DNA from: Octopus vulgaris
Taxonomy: Eukaryota
Length of the DNA: 64,000 bases
Reading direction: 5' to 3'
NCBI GenBank assembly: GCA_951406725.2
Contig: OX597822.1
Span: 105,276,001 to 105,340,000 of the forward strand
The notes under the pieces: model-generated
The model's input: only the letters and a program-made list of their open reading frames with translations
What the model was told of the DNA's origin: nothing
Database searches by the model: none
Shown here: positions 40,301 through 53,761 of the stretch, piece after piece
Layout: the number at the start of each line of letters is the position of its first letter
How positions within the stretch are numbered: the stretch's first letter is position 1
Made by a program: the position numbers and the translations under genes

Positions 40301-40876
40301 TGTACACAATACGGATATAATTCAGTTGCCTAAATTGGACGCGCAGACACACTCATAAAACATACACATGCAGCACACACATACTCAGAGCACACATACA
40401 CATGTTCACACACACACAAACATAAAAACACAACCAATCACATATTTGCACATTAAACCAGAGTCTTAGAACCTAAAAGAAAATGTTTTGCGGCATTTTT
40501 CCTGGTCTTGTGTGTTCTGCGTTCAAATCCTGCTGTGGCCGGCATTGTTTCTGGTACTTTGTGCTCGGGTGGGACGTGGGAGCATATAAATTATAGTAGC
40601 AGTCCAAGGCTTTGGTTGCAGAACTGTTAGAAGCGTCAGGCAATCTGCACTCTGAGTTGTTGCGAAATATAATTTATACTTGGCCAGATTGAACACCACC
40701 AGCAACAACGACACCCACACCAACACCATCTGGTCAGTGGGCATTTTTAACGGATCGACAGTTATAGTAATATCAGTTTCAGGTCTCTGGATAAATGACA
40801 TCTTCCTGCCTTCATTCAACTAGTCTCAGAGTCTTGGAAGAAATAAAGGCTCAAGGACGCTGACTTTCGCTATCTA

Positions 40877-40967
<91 letters not shown>

Positions 40968-41024
40968 TATTATCATCATCATTATTTTTTTTTTTAATTG
41001 TTGTTGTTGTTCTTATTTTCTATT

Positions 41025-41712
41025 ATTGATTGAGAGAGCAGTGCATGCAATCAAAGTGACACTGGGGTAAAATATACGAAGCCCAGCATACCCATCTTGA
41101 CTACCCGTCTGATAAGGGTACACCAAGCACATGCATCACAACCATATGTGCGCAACATGGTGATCTCATGTCAAGATAAACACCGCATGACCTTGCAGGT
41201 GGGACCCAGTTAGAATTTTCTTCAGGTAGAGTAGGCTATCCCGCTCAAAAGGTCCCTGAATAAGCCTTGTCTAAGGATGTTGAACGAAACAACCGTGTTT
41301 CCAGAGGTGAATTATCCAAACCTCTAAGAATGCCTTTTAACACACGGCTATGATGCTCCCCCACTACTTCTGCTCGTGATCAGAGATGTACATATCGTCA
41401 ACAACTAAGGGACATGCTCAACTGGTTAAAGTCAAACAACTGACAAGCAAGTCTGTGGTATTGAACAGAATATTTGCTGTAGCCCACCTTTTATACCTAT
41501 TTCTTTATTACACACAAGGGGCTAAACATAGAGGGTACAAACAAGGACAGGCATAGGTAATATGTCGATTACATCGACCCCAGTGCGTAACTGGTACTTA
41601 ATTTATCGACCCCGAAAGGATGACCAAGACAAAAGAATGTACATTATAACACTTCCAATCAATTAAGATCAGAAGCCATGAGAGCCACTGTCTGGTACTG
41701 CATCAGGGCATT
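41025..41712 (-). mobile_element. Non-coding (ATT)n-targeted element B, longest copy, interrupted by a truncated SINE A at about 41498-41622
   Basis: Highly similar to 44540-44957 and 46441-46923; ATT-rich sequence on both sides. Confidence 0.85.
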
Positions 41713-41747
41713 TATTATTATTATCATTATTATTATTATTATTATTA

Positions 41748-42222
41748 CTTTTTTTTTCTTCTTTCAAATTTGCTTCCATTTCTTGCCGAGTGTCTTCCCG
41801 ACTCCTAGGGCAAAGAAACTCATAGTATACATTGGTAGGCCATTAAACCAAACTCAATAGTTTGTTCATTTAAAAAAAAAATTTTTTTTTTAAAGTTATA
41901 TTAAAATACATGAGCAGCAACAGTTCTCACATCGACAATGCTCTTCTCAATACGTGTGATGTACCAGTTAAGACAATCTTTTGCACTTCTTGCAGGGATG
42001 GTAAGCCAGGGATCATTCTCATATAATTTTCGGTTCCCTTCTTGATCATTCCTAGTGCTCCAACGATCACTGGTATTGTAACCGCCTTGAGATGCCACAT
42101 TTTCTCAATTTCAATGAGTACGTCTTTATATTTTCTAAGCTTGTCAAACTCTTTCGCTGAGATATTATGATCACAGGGGATGCTCATGTCGATCAATAAG
42201 CAAACTTTATTGTTTTGGTCTT

Positions 42223-42224
<2 letters not shown>
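41748..42224 (-). mobile_element. 5'-truncated R4/Dong-clade non-LTR retrotransposon (restriction-like endonuclease C-terminus plus 3' UTR) in (TAA)n
   Basis: ORF 41927-42226 CLLIDMSIPCDHNISAKEFDKLRKYKDV..EIEKMW..TIPVIVGALG..QKIVLTGTSHVLRR matches the RLE domain of R4/Dong. It is flanked by (ATT)n on both sides, the known Dong target. Confidence 0.88.
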
Positions 42225-42283
<59 letters not shown>

Positions 42284-42339
42284 AATACCTGCGAGCTGGC
42301 ATTTTAATTATAATAAAAATTATAATAAAAATTATAATT

Positions 42340-42580
42340 ATAAGTGGAGGTGTTTTATCACCATCGGAACCAAAAACTTCGAAGGCACCAGAAGAGAAAA
42401 GGAAGAAATCGAACGGTAGAAGAGAAAAGGCTCGACAAAATCAAACTCGTCCCTCACCAACATTACCAGGCAGTCAAAGCCATCGATTCTTCTATGCAAG
42501 AATTGGACTACTTAGTCATCAACACATTCATCATAAAGGAAGCGTTCAGCAACGCAGAAAATAAATACTCGGGTACGAGA
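42340..42580 (+). mobile_element. RTE-clade LINE 3' fragment
   Basis: KWRCFITIGTKNFEGTRREKEEIER and FFYARIGLLSHQHIH resemble the RTE C-terminus (WR...G...FE..R and RIGL.SH...H). Confidence 0.6.
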
Positions 42581-43199
42581 TAATGCCTATGACAAAGGCT
42601 ATTCTAAACACCACATCAGTCGAGTACTTCATCGATTTAATCGATTAAAGAAAGTGTTTCGTTCCTTTGTAAGCAATTATCATCAACAATAGCGGTTGAA
42701 ATATTTGGAGCACTGGATAGATTGCCTAACAGTAGTTTTCCTACCTTTATGCTTCTGAGTTCAAATCCCAGCATGATAGTCTTTCGCCTCTCAGGGGTCT
42801 GTTAAATAAGTACGGGCCATGTTCTAGGAAATGAGTTCTTCTTCCATCTACTTTACAGTTTTGTTCATGTGGTAGGAACCATTATTCTGTTATCTTTACA
42901 AACAGTTGTCTTAGTCCAGTATATTTTTAGGTTCGATGTAAAATGAGTAGTAGCAGCAGCAGTAGTAGTAGTAGTAGTAGTTGGTGTTGTTCTATTAACT
43001 CTTTTCGAAATTGCCGAGCAGGAAGCATCGTTAGTACCTTGCGGTTATTGTTCCAGCTCTAAATTCCGGTGCCTCTCAGAATAGGAAGACCTCCGGGGAC
43101 CAAAAACAGAACCCTCATAAACAATAACAATAAATACATAAATAAATAAATAAATAAAAGATATTGGCCATACTGTGACCACTGAAGCAAGAGCGCTCT

Positions 43200-43460
43200 C
43201 TAAACAGTCTTTATCCAGAACACGCTCAGAACAGACACTTTCATTCAGGGCATGAACGCCACAGTCGCCCACTTTTCACAAATTCAATGAAAAGCAGCGT
43301 TTTCCTTCCACACTCCGTTTCAAGTGAAACTTGGGAAACTGTAACTGGGGGTCTTGACAAAATGGAAAAGCAACGGCCTTCAGCTCTTTCCACCACGTGA
43401 ATTTTACAACAACACTTACGAAATAAAAAGTAATTGCCTTTCCTGGCCTTAAGCACAGGG
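43200..43460 (-). mobile_element. Possible L1/Tx1-clade LINE 3' fragment
   Basis: FVSVVVKFTWWKELK...QDPQLQFPKFHLKR resembles the Tx1 ORF2 C-terminus; heavily degraded. Confidence 0.35.
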
Positions 43461-43647
43461 GAAAGTAAATTCGTTTTGTTTGTTTGTTAGTTTGTTTTTT
43501 CGTTTTTTTTTTTTGGTTTGTTTTGGTTTTTTCTGTTGTTGTTTTTTTGGGGTTTTTTTTTTTTAAGGAGATTGAGTTATTCGATTCCATCGAACACCGT
43601 GATTGAATGGCCATTTTTTTTATTCGACCTAGAATTGCAAGAAATAA

Positions 43648-43656
43648 CTACTACTA

Positions 43657-43703
<47 letters not shown>

Positions 43704-43755
43704 ACGGCTGCTGTACGGCTACTGCTACTACTACTACTACTACTACTACTACTAG

Positions 43756-43801
<46 letters not shown>

Positions 43802-43823
43802 ACGGCTACTGCTACGGCTACTG

Positions 43824-43856
<33 letters not shown>

Positions 43857-43862
43857 TAACTG

Positions 43863-43904
<42 letters not shown>

Positions 43905-43988
43905 TAACTACTGCTGCTACTACTACTACTACTACTACTACTACTATAACTGCTACTACTACTACTACTACTACTATAACTACTGCTG

Positions 43989-44040
<52 letters not shown>

Positions 44041-44200
44041 CGCCACCATAACCGCCGCCACCACCACTACCACCACCACCACCACCATCACTACAACTAC
44101 AGATGATGATGATGTTGCTAGTGCTGGTGCTGGTGTTGCTACTATCCCTATTGCAGCTGCTGCCGACGACGATGATGATGATGACGACGCCGATGATAAC
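43648..44200. repeat. Compound trinucleotide tract (CTA/CTG/CCA/GAT)
   Basis: About 550 bp of triplet repeats with a recurring ataact(a)ctgct interruption. Confidence 0.95.
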
Positions 44201-44485
44201 CATGATTTCTTTTATTTCAACGAAGGCATCATAGGAAGCGGATGTTACAAGTACATTTTATAATTGTGTCGCTATTTATATAAAAAGAGACGAGGAAACG
44301 GAAAGGAAGAGACGGTGTAGGTGGTATTTTGTCCGTCTGAGTTCAAATTCAGCCGAGGTCAATTTTGTCAACTCATCCCTTCTCCCAAATTTGTAGCATT
44401 TGCGCCAAAATTTGAAGCCATCGTCATCATCATCGTTATCATCACTATCATCATCATCATCATCATTATTATCATTCTCATTATC

Positions 44486-44539
<54 letters not shown>

Positions 44540-44542
<3 letters not shown>

Positions 44543-44955
44543 GAGTGAGAGAGCAGTGCATGCCATCAAAGTGACACTGGGGTAAAATATACGAAGCCCA
44601 GTATACCCATCATGACTACCCGTCTGATAAGGGTACACTAGGCACATGCATCACAACCATATGTGCGCGACATGGTGATCTCATATCAAGATAAACAGCA
44701 CATGACCTTGCAGGTGGGGCCCTGTTAGAATTTTCTTCAGGTCGAGTAACCCATCCCACTCGAAAGGTCCCTGAATAAGGGTTGTTTAAGGATGTTGAAC
44801 GAAACACATATGTTTCCAGAGGTGAATTATTCAAACCCCAAAGAATCCCTCTCAACACATGGCTATGATGCTCCCCCACTACTTCTGCTCGTGATCAGAG
44901 ATGCACATATCGACAGCCACTAAGGGACATGCTCAACTGGTTAAAGTCAAACAAC

Positions 44956-44957
<2 letters not shown>
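44540..44957 (-). mobile_element. (ATT)n-targeted element B, truncated
   Basis: Starts attgagtgagagagcagtgcatgccatcaaagtgacactgggg; pure (ATT)n on both sides. Confidence 0.88.
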
Positions 44958-45024
<67 letters not shown>

Positions 45025-45717
45025 GGCGGTGAGCTGGCAGAATCGTTAGCACGCTGGGCGAAATGCTTTGCGGTATTTCGTCTGCGGCTACGTTCTCAGT
45101 TCAAATTCCGCCGAGGTCGACTTCGCCTTTCATCCTTTCGGGGTCAATTAAATAAGTACCAGTTACGCACTGGGGTCGATATAATCGACTTAATCCGTTT
45201 GTCTGTCCTTGTTCGTCCCCTCTTTGTTTAGTCCCTTGTGGGTAGTAAAGAGATGGGTATTTCGTTTGCCGCTACGTTTTGAGTTCGAATTCCGCCGAGC
45301 TCGACTTTGCCTTTCAACTTTTCGGGGACGGGACGATTAAATGAGTATCAGTTACGCACTGGGGTCGATGTCATCGACTTAATCCCCTCCCGCAAGCTGC
45401 CCTTGTGAAAAAAAATTTTAAATAATCATTATTATTATTACTATTAAGGCGGTGAGATGGCAGAATCGTTCGCACACCGGACGAAATTCTTAATGGTATT
45501 ACGTCTGTCTCAACGTTCTGAATTCAAATTCCGCCGAGGAATTCCGACTTTGCTTTTTATCTTCTCAGGGTCGATAAATTAAGTACCAGTGAAACATTTG
45601 GGTCGATATAATCGACTAGTTCCCTCCCCAGGAATTTCAGGCCCTTGTGCCTTTAGTAGAAAAGATTATTATTGTTGTTGTTGCTCTTCTTCTTCTTCTT
45701 CTTCTTCTTCTTCTTCT

Positions 45718-45752
<35 letters not shown>

Positions 45753-46388
45753 TTCTTCTTCCTCTTCCTCTTCCTCTTCTTCTTCTTCTCCTCCTCCACC
45801 TCCTCCTCCACCCTTCTCCGCCCCCCCCCCCTTCTTCTCCTCCTCCTCTTTCATAACGTTATGCGAAGTGGCAGAATCGCTAGCACGCCTTTCTTACGTT
45901 CTGAGTGCAAATGCCATCGAACTTGGGTTTGGATATCATATTTTTCGAGGTCGATGAAAAGGATGGAAGGCACTCCAGTCAAGTACCGGAGTCGGTGTTA
46001 CCGACTTACTCCCTGTCCCATACTTTCTGGACCTGTGCCTTTAGTAGATAATAATTCTTATAAGCCGTTGTTAGCGAGCCGCATAAAATGCTAAGCAATA
46101 TTTCATCTAGTTCTATGTTCGGAGTTCAAACGCCGCCGAGGTTGACCTCGCCATTCATTTTAGGATCGATAAAATAAGTTCTAGACAAGTACTGGGGTCG
46201 ATATAATCGACTAGTTCCCCCCCACTAAAATTCACTCCTTTTGCCTATAGTACAAATGATTACGTTGTGAGTTCATGTTCCACCGAGGTCGACTTTACCT
46301 TTCATCCTTTCGGGGGTCGATAAATTAAGTACCAGTGAAACACTAGTCCCATTCCCCAAATGTCAAACCTTGTGCCTATAGTAGAAAC
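45025..46388 (+). mobile_element. Cluster of SINE family A copies (tandem and degraded), interrupted by (CTT)n/(CCT)n at 45685-45850
   Basis: Repeated ggcggtgagctggcagaatcgttagc / gttcaaattccgccgaggtcgac / ggggtcgataaattaagtaccag modules. Confidence 0.85.
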
Positions 46389-46440
<52 letters not shown>

Positions 46441-46443
<3 letters not shown>

Positions 46444-46923
46444 GAGTGAGAGAGCAGTGCATGCCATCAAAGTGACACTGGGGTAAAATATACGAAGCCC
46501 AGTATACCCATCATGACTATCCGTCTGATAAGGGTACACCAGGCACATGCATTACAACTATATGTGCGCGACATGGTGATCTCATATCAAGGTAAATAGC
46601 GCATGACCTTGCAGGTGGGGCCCAGTTAGAATTTTCTTCAGGTCGAGTAGCCCATCCCACTCAAAAGATCCCTGAATAAGGGTTGTTTAAGGACGTTGAA
46701 AGAACCACCCATGTTTCCAGAGGTGAATTATTCAAACCCCAAAGAATCCCTCTCAACACATGGCTATGACGCTCCCCCACTACTTCTGCTTGTGATCAGA
46801 GTTGCACATATCGTCAGCCACTAAGGGACATGCTCAACTGGTTAAGGTCAAACAACTGACAAGCAAATCTGTGGTATTGAGCAGACTATTTGCTGTAGCC
46901 CATCTTTTATACCAAGACAAAAC
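46441..46923 (-). mobile_element. (ATT)n-targeted element B, truncated
   Basis: Same left end as the 44540 copy; pure (ATT)n on both sides. Confidence 0.88.
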
Positions 46924-46998
<75 letters not shown>

Positions 46999-47756
46999 TT
47001 TTCTCATAATGATAGTCACGAATTTGTAACGCTGCTCTCAATCTAAGAAAAAAGGTTTCTTTCTCTATCGCAAATTTTGTATAACTTGGTGCTGAGAGCA
47101 TTAAGCATTTAACGACAGCTTGTGTAAATGGTTTGTTCTAATTGACTACAATTAACAAATACATTATTGTTTATAATAAATAATTACATAGCTGTCAGCT
47201 ATCATTAACCAACACAATTTCACCATTTCAATTTATAATGAATATTTACAGTAAGAGTTGTTTCCCTTACATTATACATCATAACTTTTGACATGTCACT
47301 TTTCTCAAATATTAGATGATACGATATAAAATCGCTATATTGTTTTAAATTTTAGTTAATTAGTTTTCTTCCTGCATTGTATTGTTTCAGTTGGAGTATC
47401 ATAGCTACATAAATGTGCTATACCGATTTTTACACACACCACACAAGGATATCTTTATTATTTTTAAATAACAGTTTGAGAAGCTTTTTAGCGTCTGTAT
47501 TTGATTCCAAGAGGGCTATAAGCAAATATATACACAAATACATATATTTAATTAATAATGCGATTAATTTATGATGATGTTATTGAAATTTTAAAAGTTT
47601 ATAAATTTCTAGTGAAAGCCTGTTCGTTGCTACAATCTATAGTTGCCTCCCTTGACAGAAAGAAAAACTTATTGCTTTGGTGTAAAGTAGTGTTTTCTGA
47701 TGTTTATTTGAAAGATTAATAACATTATTTTCATTATTATTATTATTATCATCTTA

Positions 47757-48638
47757 AGGCGGCGAGCTGGCAGAATCGTTAGCACACCGGGGGGAAATGC
47801 TTAGCGGTATTTCGTCTGCGTTACGTTGTGAGTTCAAATTCCGCCGAGGTCAACTTTGCCTTTCATCCTTTCGGGGTCGATAAATTAAGTACCAGTTACG
47901 CATTGGGGTCGATGTAATCGACTTAATACCTATGTCTGTCCTTGTTTGTCCCCTCTGTGTTTAGCCCCTTGTGGGTAATAAAGAAATAGGTATTTCGTCT
48001 GCCGCTACGTTCTGAGTTCAAATTCCGCCCAGGTCGATTTTACTTTTCATCCTTCCGGGGTCGATTAAATAAGTACCAGTTACGCACTGGGGTCGATATA
48101 TTCAACTTAATCCGTTTGTCTGTCTTTGTTTGTCCTCTCTGTGTTTAGCCCCTTCAGGGTAGTAAAGAAATAGGTATTTCGTCTGTGTTTGAGTTCTGAG
48201 CTGGAATTCAGCCACGGTCGACTTTGTCTTTTATCCTTTCGGGGTCGATTAAATAAGTACCGGTTATGCACTGGAGTCGATGTGATCAACTTAATACCTT
48301 TGTCTGTCCTTCTTTGTGCCATCTATGTTTAATCAACCACGAAGGATGAAAGGCAAAATCGACCTCGGCGGAATTTGATCTCAGAACGTAGCGGCAGACG
48401 AAATACCAATTTCTTTACTACCCTCAAGTGGCTAAACACAGAGAGGACAAACAAGGATAGACACAAGGATTAAGTCGATTATATCGACGGCAGTGCGTAA
48501 CTGGTACTTAATTTATCGACCCCGAAAGGATGAAAGACAAAGTCGGCCTCAGCGGAATTTGAACTCAGAACGCAAAGACACGAAATACGGCTACGCATTT
48601 CGCCCGTCGTGCTAACGTTTCTACCAGCTCACCGCCTT
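47757..48638. mobile_element. SINE A trimer (+, 47757-48330) facing a SINE A dimer (-, 48340-48638)
   Basis: Units joined by aaagaaatag|gtatttcgtct; the right-hand block is the reverse complement. Confidence 0.88.
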
Positions 48639-49049
48639 ATTTAAAATAATTATAATTATCTTACATCTAAGGCCTTTCGTTCCGAGTTCAATTCCCGCCG
48701 AAGTCGGCTTTGCTTTTCATACTTCGTCGTCGATAAAATAAGTCCCAGTTGACCACTAGGGTACATGTAATCGACAACCTAAATGTTGTGCCTAGAGTAG
48801 GAGTTATCACCGCTGTCTTGTTTGAGACGTTGCAAAATACATGGTGTGTGTGTTTAAACCTTGCTCAATCCATCTTTTTGTTTTATATATTTTTACAAAA
48901 TATCTACATACACTAACGGCGTTCCACATGCATATCCAGTAAAAGGAGTGATCCTGCTGTATGATGGCACATGGTAGCCGATACCATCGTAAGAGGTTTG
49001 AAATGCACGTTATGAGGTTATTACTTAGATGATATAAAATATTACATGC

Positions 49050-49201
49050 AGCTGTGAGGTAAGTAGCTCGCTTACCAACCACATGGTTCCGGGTTAAGTC
49101 CCATTCTGTGGAATCTTAGTCAAGTGTCTTCTACTAAAGCTTCGGGCCGACCAAAGCTTTGTGAGTGGATTTGTTAGACGGAAACTGAAAGAAGCCCATC
49201 G

Positions 49202-49280
<79 letters not shown>

Positions 49281-49388
49281 GACTGCTGCCATGCTGGAAC
49301 AGCCGAGCGGCTAAGTTACGGGGACCTTAGCATACCAACATCGGTTGTCAAACGATTGTGGGGGAACAAACAGAGAAACTCAAACACA

Positions 49389-49479
<91 letters not shown>

Positions 49480-49640
49480 GACGGACTCCCTTCAGTTTCC
49501 GTCTACCAAATCTACTCACAAGGCTTTGGTCTGCCCGAGGCTATAGTAGTGGACACTTGCCCAAGGTGTCAAGCAGTGGGACTGAACCTGGAACAATATG
49601 GTTGAGAAGCATGCTTCTTACCACACAGCCACGCCTGTGC
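49050..49640. mobile_element. Inverted pair of SINE family C copies around (TA)n
   Basis: 49050-49202 is the 5' half on +; 49281-49640 is a minus-strand copy. Confidence 0.85.
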
Positions 49641-50117
49641 CTATACACTTATATTCTAAAACAAAAAAACACAAAGTATATACATACATGTATTGATTTC
49701 TGATTCCCTTCCATGTTTCATTTAACCAACATATATGTGTGCGTGCGTGCGTGTATCCGTGTAGGTGTGTGTGCGTGATTGTGTGCGAGTATTTCCGGGT
49801 TTATAAGTGTGAGTGTGTGTTTGTGAATTTATATGGATATATATATCCTTATATAGATATGTGTGAGTGTGTGTGTATATATATATATATATGTGTGTGT
49901 ATGTAGGATTATAGATATATATGTGCGTGTCTGTATGTTAAGAGATGTGCGTGTATGTGTGTGTATGTCAATGTATGTGTGATTATAGATATGTGTGTGT
50001 GTCTGTATGTATATTAATAGAGGTGTGTATGTGTGTGTTTGTGAATTTATATGGACATATGTATCCTTATATAGATAGATATGTGTGAGTGTGTGTGTCT
50101 GTATGTACATTAATAGA

Positions 50118-50151
<34 letters not shown>

Positions 50152-50289
50152 CATGTATATATCTCAAAATAAAAGTACATTGCATTCACGTGTGGATTAA
50201 TTTCAAGTGAATGCATGATTATTATAAAGATAAATGACATGCTATTGTGTATGAGAAAACTAGGTTTCCTGTTTCGATTTTGTCATCCC

Positions 50290-50470
50290 AAGAAGATATA
50301 CATTGTAACTGGAGGTAGCAACCACCTCAAACTCAAAGAAACAAATCACAAGAGGACAGATGTCTGTGAAAGAGCTAATATAAGAATCGAAACCGCATTG
50401 CAACGTATCAAAAGCATGCATCTCTACAACCGTGTCATTCCTCGGGTGGCTTACAATGTTTGTTAAAGAC
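50290..50470 (+). mobile_element. Possible PIF/Harbinger-ISL2EU (DDE_Tnp_4) transposase fragment
   Basis: ANIRIETALQRIKSMHLYNRVIP resembles the conserved RIHVERAIQRIK.F.....VIP motif. Confidence 0.45.
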
Positions 50471-50796
50471 ATCAAATGGATGATTACTATGTATCTATAT
50501 CATCGCGTTCTTCTTCAGCTCCAGCATGACCACGTCAGAATGTAATATTCCGTAAGTCAAATAAACTGTAGGAGATCCTGCTAGAAGATGTCACTTGTAA
50601 TTAAATTGTAATAAGAATCGAAGCTCCAATATTTCAGTTGCTAGCCACAAACTGTATTTTAGGTTTTATGTTCTGTCTTCCAAATCCTTGCTAATTATGT
50701 ACACGATCGTATACTGGACAGCGTCTTCGCCTGCGGTGTGTTGTATATTGCGTCACTGAGTCATACTAATACACACACACACACACATATACACAT

Positions 50797-50844
<48 letters not shown>

Positions 50845-50979
50845 GTACACACACACATATATATATATATATTATTGACGTCATAAGAATTTATAAACTT
50901 TCGGCATTTTCCATTATAAATGCTAATAATTATAGTTTTATGTGTGCTTCGAGGTCCACTGTTCCTAAAAAGACATACA

Positions 50980-51385
50980 TAGGTGCACGAGTGTGTGTGT
51001 GTGTGTGTGTGTGGTAAGTAGCTTACTTACCAGCCACATAGTTCCGGGTTCAGTCCCACTGCGTGGCACCTTGGACAAGTGTCTTCTACTATAGCCACGG
51101 GCCAACCAAAGCCTTGTGAGTGGATTTGGCAGACGGAAACTGAAAGAAACCCGTCGTATATATGTATGTGTGTGTATATGTTTGTGTGTCAGTGCTTGTC
51201 CCCCAACATCGCTTCACAACCGATGGTGGTGTGGTTACGTCCCCATAATTTAGCGGTTCGGCAAAAGTGACCGGTAGAATAAATACCAGGTTTCCAAAGA
51301 ATAAGTCCTAGGATCGATTTGTTCGACTGAAGGTGCTGCTCCAGCATGGCCGCAGTCAAATGACTGAAACACGTAAATGATAAGA
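50980..51385 (+). mobile_element. SINE family C, full-length, with a (TG)n expansion inside the head
   Basis: Homologous to 55600-56010. Confidence 0.9.
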
Positions 51386-51492
51386 GAACACATAAATATA
51401 TATATATATTTTGTGAAATAGAAAGATGAATAATCTTGTTGCAGATTAATCAAAAGTTTAACCGATACCTTGGTAGCAAAAATCAATTCACT

Positions 51493-51553
<61 letters not shown>

Positions 51554-51668
51554 TGGTTGTGTGGTAAGAAGCTTGCTTCCCAACCTACGGTTCCTACGGT
51601 TTCTCTACTGTAGCGCCACCAATATATTGCGAATGGATCTGGTAGACGGAAACTAAGAGAAGCCCGTC

Positions 51669-51716
<48 letters not shown>

Positions 51717-52642
51717 CTACTAAACAGCTACGTTGTTGTGCAACCCAGTTGTGTAATACTGACTGAGCAAACGGTCCAGCTGTGGCTATGTTATTTTCTG
51801 TCTGTATTACATACCAATGACTAAATTATAAAATGTGAAACTCTCTTATTAAAACAATATGCTGTAATTTAATGAAGATTTGGCTGGTATTTCTAGCGGC
51901 TCGATTGACTAAGTGTAGGCGCTCTCTGTTTCCTTCGATGTGGATTCGTTTAGTCGGTTTCTCGCTGTGTGCTATGATCCCTTTCATATCCTACTTTATT
52001 TTGATGTAGACTCGTACTGTCAATAATTAATTTACACACCCGTACACAAATATATACACACTCGCCTTTACATGCAAAAGTACTCACACACACACTGACA
52101 CACACAGACACAGTCAAAAGCGCATACAGACGAACGCATGCCCAGAAACCCGCGCACACATAGAGATCTACATACGCAAACACACTGGCTCGCACACACA
52201 CGTACACATATCAATAACGAAATTTTATTATGTTCACAGTGATCAAACAACATGAATCACACCAGGAAATTGCTGACATGATACAGCAGATATAACAGGA
52301 ATATAGAACGATTATGGCTAGAAGATAACAAGTAATGTTATATCAGAGAAGACAGTATAAACAAACATACACACACACACATACATACATACACACACAC
52401 TCACACAGTATACACGCAAACACACACTATATCATTGCTTTAACATTAACATATATAGATTATACTCCAAGATATATTACACCTATAACATATCAGAATG
52501 TGTTATATAGCATATCATGCTACATTACCCGTCATATATTATTTCGTTGCTTGAGTATTAACTGTCATATGACGGGTAACTTTGGAAGTACGCTTTTACT
52601 AACGCGGGTAATATCCGGAGGTAGGGTATGTATTCAATAATA

Positions 52643-53010
52643 GAGCTGGCAGAAAGGTTAACACGCCGGGTGAAATGCTTAGCGGCATTTCGTCTCGAGG
52701 TCGACTTTGCCTTTCATCCTTTCGGGGTCGATAAATTAAGTACCAGTTACGCACTGGGGTCGATGTAATCGACTTAATACCTATGTCTGTCTTTGTTTGT
52801 CCCCTCTATGTTTAGCCCCTTGTGGGTAATAAAGAAATAGGTATTTCGTCTTTTGTTACGTTCCGAGTTCAAATCTCGCCGTGGTCGACTTTACCTTTCA
52901 TCCTTTCGGGGTCGGTAAAATAAGTACCAGTTAAGCACTGGGGTCGATGCAATCGACTTAATCCCTTTGTTTGTCCCCTCTGTGCTTAGCCAGTTGTGGG
53001 CAATAAAGAA
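52643..53010 (+). mobile_element. SINE family A dimer
   Basis: gagctggcagaaaggttaacacgccggg...aaagaaatag|gtatttcgtc...aataaagaaa. Confidence 0.88.
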
Positions 53011-53761
53011 ATTGAATAATATCTCAGCTTTTATCACATTCCTTTGTGCTTATGCAATACGATGAAATGTATGCTAATTTTCAAAAGGAGTATTTCTTTA
53101 AAATATAATTGATCAAAACTAATTTTTCCTTCATGTATCTCATTTATGTATGTTATATCTCATTTATTTAGTTCCTCGCATCCTTCTAAGTCTCTATTAT
53201 TCTCCCCCTCTTTCTCCCTTACTCTCTCTCTCTCTCTCTTTGTGTATTTGTGTGTGTGTTAAGCGACTCTTTACTCACTGCCAGCCAACAAGCCACATAT
53301 GAGCAGTCATTCTGCATCTCTTATACTATCTCTTTCTATGCCTCTCTTTCACTGTCTTTTCTCTCTCTCTCTCGCTCCTCCCTATATATGACCTAAAGCG
53401 TGTTTAGATCAATCAAGCAATCAACCAGCCAACCAACCAACCAACCAACCAACCAACATTTATATCGGTTATTATCATACAAGATATATTAGCATTGCGT
53501 AAGACTCTCTGACTGGATTCACTTGCACCACATTTTCCGAGGTTGGTGTTTTCAGTTTCCGTTGCTGCTTGATGTTATACTTTCATTTTCAGTTACTACT
53601 TCTCTAGATCTACCGCTGGCTAACGTGGCTAAAAACAGGTTTTATTCTGCGAATGGGAGGCATTAAGTATGAGTCAACCACAGTTAACCATTACATATTA
53701 CATTATATCATATTACGTGATAAAAGCTAATATATTTTTTATATAATATTAATATAGTAAT

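Noticed and set aside
40523-40819. Minus-strand ORF with a signal-peptide-like stretch (MVLVWVSLLLVVFNLA)
   Set aside because: Short, no convincing donor site, runs into a SINE fragment, and no recognisable domain.
43518-44263. Poly-S/T/L/V ORFs resembling mucins or low-complexity proteins
   Set aside because: The trinucleotide microsatellite is open in several frames on both strands, with no unique coding flanks.
44620-44650. CTGATAAG in element B as a possible hammerhead core
   Set aside because: No stem II/GAAA arrangement follows it.
47757-48330. Regularly repeated units superficially like a CRISPR array
   Set aside because: They are ~190-bp SINE multimers with no unique spacers, in a eukaryotic context without cas genes.
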